A stretch of 64,000 nucleotides of DNA from a cyanobacterium endosymbiont of Rhopalodia gibba (GTDB lineage: Bacteria > Cyanobacteriota > Cyanobacteriia > Cyanobacteriales > Microcystaceae): NCBI GenBank assembly GCA_045159875.1, contig CP067995.1, forward strand, positions 2,336,001 to 2,400,000, read 5' to 3'. The position numbers and the translations under genes were made by a program. The stretch's first letter is position 1. Each line of letters begins with the position of its first letter. A model generated the notes under the pieces. It made no database searches, was not told the origin of the DNA, and saw nothing but the letters and a program-made list of their open reading frames with translations. Positions 26,329 to 36,873 of the stretch are shown here, one piece after another.

Positions 26329-27192
26329 CTAAGCCTTTTTTAGAGTATTTTCTAACCAATCATACCAAATCGATAAGCCTTCTCCTGTAATTGAAGAAAC
26401 CTGAAAAATGCAAATATTAGGATTAACTTGCTTGGCATAATCTAAACAGCGGTTTAGATCAAACTGAAGATAGGGAAGTAGATCAATTTTGTTTAAAATC
26501 ATTACATTACTTTTTTGAAACATATGCGGGTATTTTATTGGTTTATCTTCTCCTTCTGTTACAGAAAGAATAGCAACTTTAGCATATTCACCCAAATCAA
26601 ATAATGCTGGACAGACTAAATTCCCTACGTTTTCAATCATCAAAATAGAATTAGTAGGAGGATTTAATTCTATGTAAGCTTTTTCTACCATGACTGCTTC
26701 TAGATGACATCCCATACCTGTATTAATTTGAATAACTTTACATCCTGTTTTTTTAATTTTACGAGCATCATTTGCAGTTTCTTGATCTCCTTCAATTACA
26801 CTAATCTTTATCCTATCTTTCAAATCTTCAATCGTTCGAGTTAATAGAGTTGTTTTTCCTGAACCTGGAGAACTTACTAAATTTAACGCCAGAATATTAT
26901 GACTTTTAAACGAAACTCGATTTTGTGCTGCAATCAAGTCATTTTTTTTGAGAATGTTTTTTTCTAAGCTGATTGTTGTGCCGTGTATTTGAGAATGAGT
27001 TTGGAATGGTTTTGTTGTGGAATGAGAATGGAAATGGGAGTGATAATCTTGGTTATCATGAGAATGGGTAACCATTGTCCCATCATCTAGAATATGGGTG
27101 TGGTGGTGTTCATTCACTGTTGTTGTAACCTCTGCTTCAAGATTAGTTAACCGGACTTGACTATCACCTGAACAACCGCAAGTTACGCACAT
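26329..27192 (-). CDS. hypB: Hydrogenase nickel-incorporation GTPase
   Basis: MCVTCGC, His-rich region, SSPGSGKT, GCHL, ENVGNLVCPA, EGEDKP. Confidence 0.97.
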   Translation of the reverse strand: MCVTCGCSGDSQVRLTNLEAEVTTTVNEHHHTHILDDGTMVTHSHDNQDYHSHFHSHSTTKPFQTHSQIHGTTISLEKNILKKNDLIAAQNRVSFKSHNILALNLVSSPGSGKTTLLTRTIEDLKDRIKISVIEGDQETANDARKIKKTGCKVIQINTGMGCHLEAVMVEKAYIELNPPTNSILMIENVGNLVCPALFDLGEYAKVAILSVTEGEDKPIKYPHMFQKSNVMILNKIDLLPYLQFDLNRCLDYAKQVNPNICIFQVSSITGEGLSIWYDWLENTLKKA

Positions 27193-27195
27193 ATT

Positions 27196-27528
27196 TCACT
27201 GTACCTCCATTTCTTTAATTTTTAACTCTTGTCCCTGAATAATATCCAACTTAACACTGCGACAGCACTCACAACTACCAAAGGGTTGAGAAAGGTTCAT
27301 TTCTGCCCCACAGTCCTGACATTTTCCTCTTCCCGGAACTTCGATAATTTCTAAAGTTGCGCCTTCTAAAACTGTCCCTTGACAACAAATATCAAAACAA
27401 AAATGAATTGCATCAGCCATAATTGTTGAAAGTTGCCCTATTTCTAGAGTAACACGCCTAACGGATAATCCTTTGGCGTGTTCAGCTACAATAGCTACAA
27501 TATTCTGAGTTATTCCTAATTCATGCAT
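27196..27528 (-). CDS. hypA: Hydrogenase nickel metallochaperone
   Basis: MHE start, CQDC...CECC Zn site, GQELKI. Confidence 0.96.
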   Translation of the reverse strand: MHELGITQNIVAIVAEHAKGLSVRRVTLEIGQLSTIMADAIHFCFDICCQGTVLEGATLEIIEVPGRGKCQDCGAEMNLSQPFGSCECCRSVKLDIIQGQELKIKEMEVQ

Positions 27529-27664
27529 AAACATCCGTAGAAGTTAGGGCAATACTATGATATTACATCCTACTTGAAACCATCGTAACCTATATTTTTT
27601 TTAGAAGATTTTAAGTAATTTAGTTACAATAAATATTGTATCCTTAATAGCTACTTGAACCTAA

Positions 27665-28724
27665 CCCTTTAATAAAAACCAATTTAAAACTCGATTGTAT
27701 GCCACCAGCCATCAGAATTTTTTGCTAATTTTTACAATTTTTTACTGTTTAAATAATGAACATATTCGCTATATTTAGCTGACAATAATTTAACTTTATT
27801 ATTACCTTTACAGATTTTATCTAAGTCAGAAATAATTGATGGATCAAAAATAGGGTCATCTGCCGCATAAATAATTAAAGTGGGTTTAGTTAAATGGTTT
27901 AAAAATGCAGAGGACTACTAGCTTGATAATAGTCTTCTGCCGAAAAGAAATTTAATGGTTTAATTACTAATTATTCATCAAATTTACGAATACTATTAGC
28001 TCTCTCAATAGCATATTGATCGATACTTTGAGGATGGTGTCGATAAATATGCTCAGCTAAATTATTAAGATTTTTAGCAATAGACTGTTCGATATATCGT
28101 CCTAAGGGAGAACGCACTAGATAAAGCAAAGAGCGATTAGTATCAAGATTCGGGCAAATTACTGTAGCCCCTCCAATCTCTGAGGTTTCCAGAGGTAAAT
28201 CGCTGCCCCAGTCGGATAAAGTTTCAGCAGCTTTAACCCCCCACAAAGCTAATTGTCCCCCTAAAGAATAACCAGTAAACCAAAATGGGGCAGGACACCC
28301 CGTCGTTTTTGCTTGCGCTGCAATTCTGATAAAATCTTCTCCCTCATGTAATCCATTAGACGTTAAGGATGGAGATAACTCTGCAGTTCTCCCATGGGCT
28401 CGCCAATCGAACAAAACCACAGCATAATTTCTAGCCCACCCCTTACGCCCTAACAACCTCAAAAACTACTGATTATCTAAATCTCCCGTAATGCCATAGG
28501 TTCCAATAATTGGACCTTGGAGTTGATTAGAAATGGCAATGCGGCCAAATAAAGGAACCCCCAAATAAAGGAACCCCATTAGTTCCCCGAAAAATATAAT
28601 CTCGGTAGGAAGATTCTTGATGACAAATTGTTTTTTTCCAATTACAACCTGATCGCAAGGTTGTATAAATGGTCATTGATAGCCCATGTCTTAGTAGAGA
28701 CGCGGGATGGAAGCTAGAAAACAT
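27665..28724 (-). pseudogene. YheT-family alpha/beta hydrolase pseudogene
   Basis: Split ORFs: LRHGLSMTIY; GTYGITG; FDWRAHG...GYSLGG; IIYAADDPIFDP; DGWWxxNRV; 16-bp duplication at 28545-28576 shifts frame. Confidence 0.8.
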
Positions 28725-28921
28725 AGCTTACAAAATTTGATTTTTTTTGGGTAATCTTAACATTATTTAGAAGATAATCGAAGGTTATATCAGCAAAGAC
28801 TAACAATTTTAGACTCTCTTTCATCAGAATCATGCTTATAATCGGGAGAGGATTCTTCATTTTCCGATCGCATTTCTTAGTTAGCCTTTACAATACACGA
28901 TAGTAATTACTATCTTATGTT

Positions 28922-29668
28922 ATGCCTCGAATACTAGTAATAGACGACGATGCTGCAATTGCTGAATTAGTCTCCATCAATCTGGAGATGGCCGGTTATG
29001 ATGTCAATCAAGCAGAAGACGGCATTAAGGGACAAGCCTTAGCCGTCCAATTACAACCAGACTTAATTATGCTTGATCTAATGTTGCCTAAGGTCGATGG
29101 TTTCACTGTCTGTCAACGACTGCGCCGAGATGATCGCACAGCCGATATTCCGGTATTGATGTTAAGTGCTTTAGGACAAACTCAAGATAAAGTAGAAGGA
29201 TTTAATGCAGGGGCTGATGACTATCTCACCAAACCCTTTGAGGTAGAAGAAATGTTAGCCAGGGTACGGGCATTACTACGACGGACTGATCGAATTCCTC
29301 AAGCAGCTAAACATTCGGAAATTCTTAACTATGGTCCATTGACCTTGATTCCAGAGCGATTTGAAGCTATTTGGTTCGACAAAACTGTCAAGTTGACTCA
29401 TTTGGAATTTGAATTACTTCACTGTCTCTTGCAACGTCACGGACAAACTGTCTCTCCGAGTGAAATTCTTAAAGAAGTTTGGGGATATGATCCCGATGAC
29501 GACATTGAAACCATTCGGGTTCACATACGCCATTTAAGGACTAAATTAGAACCCGATCCTAGACATCCTTGCTATATCAAAACTGTGTATGGTGCGGGTT
29601 ATTGTCTAGAGTTGCCCAGTGCTGAACAACTTATTGAACAACCTGAACCTAATGCAGCCACTGTTTAA
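28922..29668 (+). CDS. rpaA: OmpR-family response regulator RpaA (circadian output)
   Basis: [73 protein letters not shown]. Confidence 0.93.
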   Translation: MPRILVIDDDAAIAELVSINLEMAGYDVNQAEDGIKGQALAVQLQPDLIMLDLMLPKVDGFTVCQRLRRDDRTADIPVLMLSALGQTQDKVEGFNAGADDYLTKPFEVEEMLARVRALLRRTDRIPQAAKHSEILNYGPLTLIPERFEAIWFDKTVKLTHLEFELLHCLLQRHGQTVSPSEILKEVWGYDPDDDIETIRVHIRHLRTKLEPDPRHPCYIKTVYGAGYCLELPSAEQLIEQPEPNAATV

Positions 29669-29917
29669 GTGACGTAATGATCAGGGACAGATATTTTGGT
29701 TGTGAAGCCTTTGGCAATGATTAAGATGGGGGGTTTATAGCGATAAAATGTCCTAACGTTTATTTGTGAGGGAATCAGTTTTTGTCGTGAGATGATTAGG
29801 AAGTCATAAACTTCCCTTCCATAGTAGTAGAAACTTAAGATACAATGAATCTTTGGTTTTCAAACCTAAGTTAATAGGAAGTCTAATCTTCCGACTTGGC
29901 AACTTGACGACTTCTTT

Positions 29918-31648
29918 ATGTCCCCCCCCATTCAACCCTTACCTTCAGATGTTGTTAGCCTCATTGCTGCTGGAGAAGTAATTGACTCTCTGGCTGCGGT
30001 AGTGAGAGAGTTGGCTGAAAATGCTCTTGATGCTCAAGCAACTCGCCTAGCTATTTCCCTCTTACCAGAGACATGGTGTGTTAAGGTGGCAGATAATGGC
30101 GAAGGAATGTCTCTCAATGACTTGCGCAACTGTGCTAAATCTCACAGTACCAGTAAAATTGCTCACTTCAATGATTTAGCTAAGATTACTAGTCTAGGAT
30201 TTCGAGGAGAGGCATTACATAGTTTGTCCCAAGTCTGTGAGTTAGAAATTGCTAGTCGTTATGCTATAGACCCCCAAGGGATGGGATGGCATTTACGTTA
30301 CGATAACCCAGGAAAACCTCTAACAGAACAACCCACGGCGATCGCCCCGGGAACGATAGTGACTGTATCAGATTTGTTTGGAAATATGCCAGTCCGTCGT
30401 CAAGGTTTACCTTCCCTCTCGCAACAACTGAAAGGAGTACAATCAATTGTTGAAAACCTAGCTTTATGTCATCCTCAGGTGAATTGGCACGTCTGGCACA
30501 ATGAGCGATTATGGCTTAATATTAGTCCGGGAAAAACAGCTCAGGATATTTTACCTCAACTCCTTAAACAGGTTCATCACCATGATTTACAATTCGTTTC
30601 ACAACAGGTAAAAATTCCCGATAATTGTGTTTTTCAATCTTTGGAAAAGGCGCAGTTAATTGATTTCCCCTTACCTCCATTAGAAAAAAACGGATTAGTT
30701 GAAGTTACTTTAGGATTGCCTGATCGCTGTCATCGCCGACGACCTGATTGGGTAAAGGTAGGAATTAATGGACGTGTTGTTCGATTACCTCAATTAGAAC
30801 AGACAATTTTAATGACTTTTAGTCGAACTTTACCTAAAGATCGTTTTCCTATTTGTTTTCTTAACTTGACTATTTCCCCTAATCACATTGATTGGAATCG
30901 CCACCCTGCTAAGGCTAAAATTTATCTTTATGCCCTCAACTTTTGGCAAAAAAGAATTTCTGAGATTATTGAACAAGGATTACGATTATTTCCTCAAACC
31001 CTGTCGATAGCGGCTCAAAATCAACGAGTTGAAAAGTTACTTAAAGCAGTAGAAAAGAAAGAAAATTGCAACATTATACTGAAAACTTCTAACGAGATCA
31101 GATTAATGCCTTTGAAAGCGGTGGCACAGGTACGCAATACTTATATTGTGGCAGAACATTCAAGTGGATTATGGTTAATTGAACAACATATTGCCCAAGA
31201 ACGAGTATTGTACGAAAAGTTACAGAGAGACTGGGAATTTATAGCGTTAGATACCCCTATAATCTTAACAAAGATATCTTCTTACCAAATCGAACAATTA
31301 CAAAGAATTGGGTTAGAAGTTGAAGGATTTGGTAAGAAGATGTGGGCGGTTCGTACCATTCCTAAAATACTAAGTCAACGCGATGATCGCCAAGATGCTT
31401 TAATAGAGTTAAGTTTGGGAGGGGATTTAGAAACAGCGCAAATAGCTACTGCTTGTCGCAGTGCAATTCGCAATGGAACCCCGATGAATTTATCCCAGAT
31501 GCAAGCCCTTTTAGATAGTTGGAGAACAACCCGAAACCCCCGGACTTGTCCTCACGGTAGACCAATTTATTTATCCTTAGAAGATTCTTCTTTATCTCGG
31601 TTTTTTTGCCGTCATTGGGTAATCGGAAAAAGTCATGGAATTTTCTAA
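29918..31648 (+). CDS. mutL: DNA mismatch repair endonuclease
   Basis: IAAGEVI, DNGEG, HSTSK, LGFRGEAL, EQHIAQER, ACRSAI, CPHGRP. Confidence 0.96.
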   Translation: MSPPIQPLPSDVVSLIAAGEVIDSLAAVVRELAENALDAQATRLAISLLPETWCVKVADNGEGMSLNDLRNCAKSHSTSKIAHFNDLAKITSLGFRGEALHSLSQVCELEIASRYAIDPQGMGWHLRYDNPGKPLTEQPTAIAPGTIVTVSDLFGNMPVRRQGLPSLSQQLKGVQSIVENLALCHPQVNWHVWHNERLWLNISPGKTAQDILPQLLKQVHHHDLQFVSQQVKIPDNCVFQSLEKAQLIDFPLPPLEKNGLVEVTLGLPDRCHRRRPDWVKVGINGRVVRLPQLEQTILMTFSRTLPKDRFPICFLNLTISPNHIDWNRHPAKAKIYLYALNFWQKRISEIIEQGLRLFPQTLSIAAQNQRVEKLLKAVEKKENCNIILKTSNEIRLMPLKAVAQVRNTYIVAEHSSGLWLIEQHIAQERVLYEKLQRDWEFIALDTPIILTKISSYQIEQLQRIGLEVEGFGKKMWAVRTIPKILSQRDDRQDALIELSLGGDLETAQIATACRSAIRNGTPMNLSQMQALLDSWRTTRNPRTCPHGRPIYLSLEDSSLSRFFCRHWVIGKSHGIF

Positions 31649-31889
31649 AGATAGAAGTCAACTTACTTTACTAGAAAGGGAAATCATAAGTCATAAGTTA
31701 GATTTATAGTTAGGTATTCTCATTACTAAATAAAATCAAATTGAGATAATATATAGTTTCTATAGATTTCTCTGACAAGAATTTTATATTATTCTGCTTC
31801 AAATTTAGTCATAGGTTTTCCATGTTTTAGCAGTGATTTAGATATTTCTCTGCTTAGAAAGCAAAGGATCAATATCACAAATAAAACTT

Positions 31890-32360
31890 GCTTAAATTTT
31901 TACACAAAACATATTGACTTTTATTTAAACCTCACATTTTTTTGTGTTAACTAGTATTTAAAGCCATTTAGCTTTTCGTTTAATAGTTTTTATTTCACTA
32001 TCTAATTGACTATAAACTTCTTTAAGCAGGCTAAATACATCTGCTACTACTTCAGTTTATAGCATTAATTTGTTTGCAACATTTCTAGAAGATTTCTAAA
32101 GACTTAGACTAACCTCTTGAATAGTGACTTCTTTATCCTCTAATCACAACAATTTCATCAATTGCCAACCGTTTCAATAGCTGATATTTTTCATCTGCAA
32201 TTTTTGACGTATATCATTGAGTGTTATTTTGGTCTGTTGTCCATCTACTCTATTTCTTTTGGCTATATTCTTAATGTCATTATTTAAGACATATTTAATA
32301 GTTTTTATCTGAGAATCTTCACAATGTGTTCTTTTCTTTTAAATTAGCTAAACTCTTCTG
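31890..32360 (-). mobile_element. Decayed ISL3 transposase fragment; inverted near-identical copy of 40161-40740
   Basis: Reverse complement aligns by eye to 40161-40740 with scattered substitutions and one ~111-nt deletion; encodes LKRLAIDEI and EVVADVF. Confidence 0.88.
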
Positions 32361-32536
32361 TAAGAGAGTTAGCTCTCAGTCATTAGACTATACCAGCAAA
32401 TTACAACATCTACTGCTTGATTTGCTCGGGTTTTCTTTATAAAAACTTTTGTTCTGTCCGACGCAACCTAATCGAGGCATTCTAAGATTCTATTTTTGTC
32501 TTCCATTTTGATAAAGAAGCTAATCTTTTTACAACT

Positions 32537-32965
32537 TTAACTTTTCTGCTTATGATGATGAACTTCAATAACAGTATGAACATTTCCCCTAGGATTAAAA
32601 TCTCCTTTTAATGTTACTTCTAGTGGATCGCAAGCTACCACAAAATCGTCCAGGATTTGGTTAATCGATTCTTCATGAGAAATATAGAGATCACGGTAAC
32701 GATTAATATACAATTTTAATGCTTTTAATTCAACCACTTTTTCATCGGGAACATAGGCTAAATAAAGGTTAGCAAAATCGGGATAACCAGAAAAGGGACA
32801 CTTACAAGTAAACTCAGACAAAGTAATATTAATGTCATACCGTCGACCTATACGAGGATTAGGAAAAGTGATTAATTTTCCTTCTTCAATAAACCGTTCC
32901 CCATATCTAATCTCCGAAGAATCAGACTTAAAATTAGAAGGTTGAGAATTAGCAACTTGATTCAT
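32537..32965 (-). CDS. queF: preQ1 synthase (nitrile reductase, type I)
   Basis: EFTCKCPFSGYPDF, VELKALKLY, SHEE, FNPRGN. Confidence 0.96.
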   Translation of the reverse strand: MNQVANSQPSNFKSDSSEIRYGERFIEEGKLITFPNPRIGRRYDINITLSEFTCKCPFSGYPDFANLYLAYVPDEKVVELKALKLYINRYRDLYISHEESINQILDDFVVACDPLEVTLKGDFNPRGNVHTVIEVHHHKQKS

Positions 32966-33012
32966 TATTGAAATACTCTTTTTAACTTACCTAACTCTCC
33001 TATTGTAAACTA

Positions 33013-34317
33013 TCAACTATTAACTAGAAGTAACCAAACTATAAATTTTGTCCCCATATTGCCTATTGCATCAGTGGGACTAACAAGTTCAATCAATCCT
33101 TGCATCTGAGTAACTAAATCTTTAGCAATCGCTAAACCTAATCCACTTCCTACAATCTCTCCTTTCTCTTGAACCCCTCGATAATGACGCTCAAAAATAT
33201 GTTCTTGATCTTCAACAGGAATACCACACCCTGTATCTTCAATTACAACACCTTGATAACTTTTTCCATTAGTTATAGAGAGTAACCCAACTTGTATAAA
33301 TACTTGACCTCCCGATGGTGTATATTTAAAAGCGTTGTTAATAATATTACTGAAGACCTCTCTGAGTGCTTGAGTATCTCCCCATATACAGGGTGAGTCC
33401 TCTAAGATATCGATTCTTAACTCAATTGATTTTTCTTGGGCAATTGATTCAGCAAAAGTCAGCAGTGGTTCTAATATTTCTGTAACCTGAATAGCTGATA
33501 AAGATAGAGATTGTTCTGAGGGAAGAGAACGAGTTGAGCGAGTATCAAGAGTAACAACATCGTCTTTGAGAGAGTGCTTATCAACTTCAAATTCTTGGAG
33601 TAACTCTTGAAGGTGATCACTTTCTCGAACGATACTCTCTGCGATTACCGTACTTTTTTCGTCTGAATGCAACCGCTTAAGTAATAGTTTGCCAAAGATT
33701 TGTAAGGCAGTTAACGGGTTACGCAACTGATGAAATAAATCATCGAGGCGATCGTGTTCTTGTTGTTGTAATGTTTGCTGTTGACTCAATTGTTCTTGAT
33801 ACCATTGTTGATGACTATCTAATAAACGAGCTATCGCTAGGGTTTGAGCAATGGTTTCAATTTGTTCTAATTCTGACTGTTGCCACGGACAATTTTTACG
33901 TTGAGTTACTAATAATCCTACTACGATATCTTTGTAAATCAAGGGTAAGACTAATTGATGAGGATTGCTCAGAATTGTTTTATTTTCATCAATAATTTGG
34001 TGATTACCTTCAAAATAAGTCTTCGAAGATTTCGATATTTTGAGAGAGTTAGCTATCGGTAAACTGATAGAATCGTTTATAAAGTTTTTGATCTTAGGTA
34101 AACCCAAATCAACATTTTTGTTGAGGTAAAACTCACGTTTTTGCGGAGAAAATAAGAGGGGAATCAAACTCGTCTGTGTTTCTTCTTCTCTTTCCTGGGT
34201 CAGATAAATTCCACTCCAATCAGCCTTTAGTCCTTGAGTTAACAACGTTGTTTGAGCTTGACATAAGGTAATGAATTCTTTACTTGGTGTTACGAAAGTG
34301 TAAGTAGCAGAGGACAT
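33013..34317 (-). CDS. GAF-domain sensor histidine kinase
   Basis: H box HQLRNPL, N box NAFKYT, DTGCGI, IFERHYR, GSGLGL. Confidence 0.92.
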   Translation of the reverse strand: MSSATYTFVTPSKEFITLCQAQTTLLTQGLKADWSGIYLTQEREEETQTSLIPLLFSPQKREFYLNKNVDLGLPKIKNFINDSISLPIANSLKISKSSKTYFEGNHQIIDENKTILSNPHQLVLPLIYKDIVVGLLVTQRKNCPWQQSELEQIETIAQTLAIARLLDSHQQWYQEQLSQQQTLQQQEHDRLDDLFHQLRNPLTALQIFGKLLLKRLHSDEKSTVIAESIVRESDHLQELLQEFEVDKHSLKDDVVTLDTRSTRSLPSEQSLSLSAIQVTEILEPLLTFAESIAQEKSIELRIDILEDSPCIWGDTQALREVFSNIINNAFKYTPSGGQVFIQVGLLSITNGKSYQGVVIEDTGCGIPVEDQEHIFERHYRGVQEKGEIVGSGLGLAIAKDLVTQMQGLIELVSPTDAIGNMGTKFIVWLLLVNS

Positions 34318-34462
34318 AAGGGATTTAATCCATCAAGTTATAAAGTTTTGTTAAGAAAATGATTTTTAATCATTTCGTAATTTTTCCTTAAGTTTAGCGA
34401 AATATATTGATTATTGAAGTCTTCTGACTTTAACAGATACACCAAAATGTGGACAAAGGCTC

Positions 34463-34491
34463 TTGATTTCTTAGGTTAAACTAGGTATAAT
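34463..34491 (+). promoter_or_regulatory. Sigma70-type promoter of the DUF3155 gene
   Basis: TTGATT-17 nt-TATAAT; AGGAGG RBS before TTG at 34549. Confidence 0.6.
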
Positions 34492-34548
34492 GACCTCAAC
34501 TTTTGTAACGATGATTACAGCATGTATCCAGAATAGGAGGTAATCGGG

Positions 34549-34878
34549 TTGGCAAGAAAACGTAAGCGCAAGAGTCATCGTCGTCAAGAAGGTCGTAGGA
34601 TTCTCGAGATTGTACCCCAGTATAGTATCGAAAGTGGTGAAGATAAACCAGTGACAGCCGCAAGGAAGCATATTGGGGCAGTCGGGATCCAACCTCCGGC
34701 TTTGCTAATTGTAAAACGAAACGAGCACACAACGGATAGATACTTTTGGGCAGAAAAGGGTTTGTTCGGTGCCCAGTACGTTGAAGAAAATCATTTTCTC
34801 TTTCCCAGTTTGCGAGAATTCCAGCCTCCTGTGCACAGTAGAGTTCCCGTAGTGATGACCGCTGGAAGTGATCGTTAA
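34549..34878 (+). CDS. Conserved cyanobacterial protein (DUF3155)
   Basis: MARKRKRKS..RQEGRRILE..., RNEHTTDRYFWAEKGLFGAQY. Confidence 0.85.
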   Translation: MARKRKRKSHRRQEGRRILEIVPQYSIESGEDKPVTAARKHIGAVGIQPPALLIVKRNEHTTDRYFWAEKGLFGAQYVEENHFLFPSLREFQPPVHSRVPVVMTAGSDR

Positions 34879-34984
34879 CAAACAAGTAAGATCGCTGACT
34901 TTTCTCTAATGAAGTTTAAAATCTCATTTCCCATTCTGAATATAAATAGATTGGGAAATGTCTCGCTGCGGTTGTAATTTATTT

Positions 34985-35539
34985 TTAAGGATTGCCAGCA
35001 GATTTCAAAAAGTCCACTTTTTGTAGCCGAGCCAGTTCGTCTCGATGAGCTGTTACTATGACTAAACTCTGCACATTCTCATCCGGTTGTGACTGGTCAG
35101 TTTCTGATGTCGTCTTAACTTCGAGTAAAACTTTTTCGACACGTCCTGATTTCTTCCAATAAAAGAGTCCACTAACTGGACATAAGAGAACTAGTCCCAG
35201 AAACAATAAAGTCAACGAAGGATATAAAAAAGATAGAACTAAGGAAAAACAAAATAATCCTATAGCCGCTAACCCACTCAGAAAAATAGCAAGGAACCAA
35301 CTAGGACTAACAAAACCTTCAAAAGTCACAGTCTGGTGTTGGAGATCAACAGAACTAATGTGATAAGCACGTTGAGTAAAATATACTTGTAGTTGACTTA
35401 AAAGCTGATCTATAGACTCTCGGGAGGTTAACTTGATTCGTTCGGTGCGATCTTTAGCAGATGCGCGGATAAAAAAGAACAAACCCATCATTAACAGAAG
35501 AGTCAGAAAAAAAGTAGAGCTAAGAACAGGAAGATTCAC
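34985..35539 (-). CDS. Cofactor assembly of complex C subunit B (CCB1-like, b6f heme ci)
   Basis: STFFLTLLLMMGLFFFIRASAKDRT, FYWKKSGRVE, AHRDEL. Confidence 0.8.
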   Translation of the reverse strand: MNLPVLSSTFFLTLLLMMGLFFFIRASAKDRTERIKLTSRESIDQLLSQLQVYFTQRAYHISSVDLQHQTVTFEGFVSPSWFLAIFLSGLAAIGLFCFSLVLSFLYPSLTLLFLGLVLLCPVSGLFYWKKSGRVEKVLLEVKTTSETDQSQPDENVQSLVIVTAHRDELARLQKVDFLKSAGNP

Positions 35540-35611
35540 AAAGTTAAGGGGTAGGTTAGTTATCCAAATTATCGATTACGATAAACTATTATTTATTTAG
35601 AGAATAATAGT

Positions 35612-36007
35612 TCAGAGTTTTTCTTGGAATTTCTGGACCTCATAAGTATAGAATTTCTGGAAAGCTCCTATTGTGCCAAACTCATAACTGGGGACTGGAA
35701 AAGGCAACAATAATTCAGTTTCGTAAATACTAAACAGAAGATAGTTTCGCCGAATAGTCTCTTTAGCAATCACTTGTTCAATTTGTGGTCGTCCTGTATC
35801 TATTAGGGTTTTACAATAGCTTTGTAAGAAGCCTCCTAATTGTTGAGGGGCTTTGGGGCAAACTTCTTGTTTTAAATATTCAGTGAGGACATCAGTAGCA
35901 TAGTGTTCATAGTCATTCTGTCCTGGATTGGTTATCACCATCAAAACACTAATTCCAGCTAACGCAACTCCCCCGACGGTATTCACCAATTGTAACGCTT
36001 CCATCAC
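35612..36007 (-). CDS. Conserved hypothetical protein (DUF4359-like)
   Basis: N-terminal TM, TNPG..YE.YA, RRNYLLFSIYET. Confidence 0.7.
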   Translation of the reverse strand: MMEALQLVNTVGGVALAGISVLMVITNPGQNDYEHYATDVLTEYLKQEVCPKAPQQLGGFLQSYCKTLIDTGRPQIEQVIAKETIRRNYLLFSIYETELLLPFPVPSYEFGTIGAFQKFYTYEVQKFQEKL

Positions 36008-36106
36008 TTTTTTGGTTACTTAAACTTGCTTAACTATTAGGATAACTTAGTTTAGACGATGATGAAATAAACAAAAAATATGCTACACTGAATACTGGGT
36101 GTATAT

Positions 36107-36180
36107 GGCGAGCGTAGCCAAGTGGTTAAGGCAGCGGTTTGTGGTACCGCCATTCGTGGGTTCAATTCCCATCGCTCGCC
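36107..36180 (+). tRNA. trnH: tRNA-His(GTG)
   Basis: G-1 + GCGAGCG/CGCTCGC acceptor, anticodon arm gcggt-ttGTGgt-accgc, T loop TTCAATT; CCA not encoded. Confidence 0.97.
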
Positions 36181-36237
36181 CTAGTTTATACAGCTTTTCG
36201 TCTTTTTTTTTCGATCCAGGATGTGGTATCTTCTAAT

Positions 36238-36792
36238 TCAGGGAAAATGATTGCCTAGTTGGTAAAAACGAAGTCTACCGAGTCCAAGATATAACCCTAG
36301 AGGGTTTTCCCCTTTCGGATAAGCAATAAGACTGAATGGATAGACCCCTGCTAATTCAGGATTTTGTTTGGGTTTTAGTCCTACAGTAAAGGTTGTTCCT
36401 GGAGCAATAGGGTAATCGAAGATGAGAGTAATGGCTTCATTATCTAAATTTCTTTTTATACGAGCAATGGTTAAAGACTTGCCTCTATTAATTAGTTCTC
36501 CCTCAAAAGCAAGGGTTTCGTCTAAATAATAGTTAATAATTTGGGTTGTTTGAACTTGTTGCAGTGTTAATTTCTTAAGAGGTTCGCCAACGTCATTTCC
36601 CAACTCAATTGTAAAGTAATACTTTGCCCCCTTCACCCTAATGCCACTCGACGTTGTGATTGCATTAACTAAACGAGGTGACTTGTTAAACATAGTCGTT
36701 CCATTCCCTAATTCCATCGCTAGGCCAGGGAAAACACTAAGGGTTAGTATACTTGCTATTTCTAAGATAGGTTTAAAATTAATGCAGCCCAT
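36238..36792 (-). CDS. Exported cyanobacterial protein (DUF2808-like)
   Basis: Signal peptide, F.KSPRL, YYFTI, GEPL, NP..AGVY.F, YLGLGRLRF. Confidence 0.75.
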   Translation of the reverse strand: MGCINFKPILEIASILTLSVFPGLAMELGNGTTMFNKSPRLVNAITTSSGIRVKGAKYYFTIELGNDVGEPLKKLTLQQVQTTQIINYYLDETLAFEGELINRGKSLTIARIKRNLDNEAITLIFDYPIAPGTTFTVGLKPKQNPELAGVYPFSLIAYPKGENPLGLYLGLGRLRFYQLGNHFP

Positions 36793-36873
36793 TGGTGAAA
36801 TCTAAGTTAGGTTTCAAGTCGCCCGTACAGGTCAGTTGCCATTGACCTGTACACTAGAGTTTAGGATTGATCT

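Noticed and set aside
31181..31216. MutL endonuclease motif EQHIAQERVLYE as a possibly inactivating variant
   Set aside because: Gln at this position occurs in active MutL proteins (DQHAAQER); ACR and CPHGRP motifs are intact
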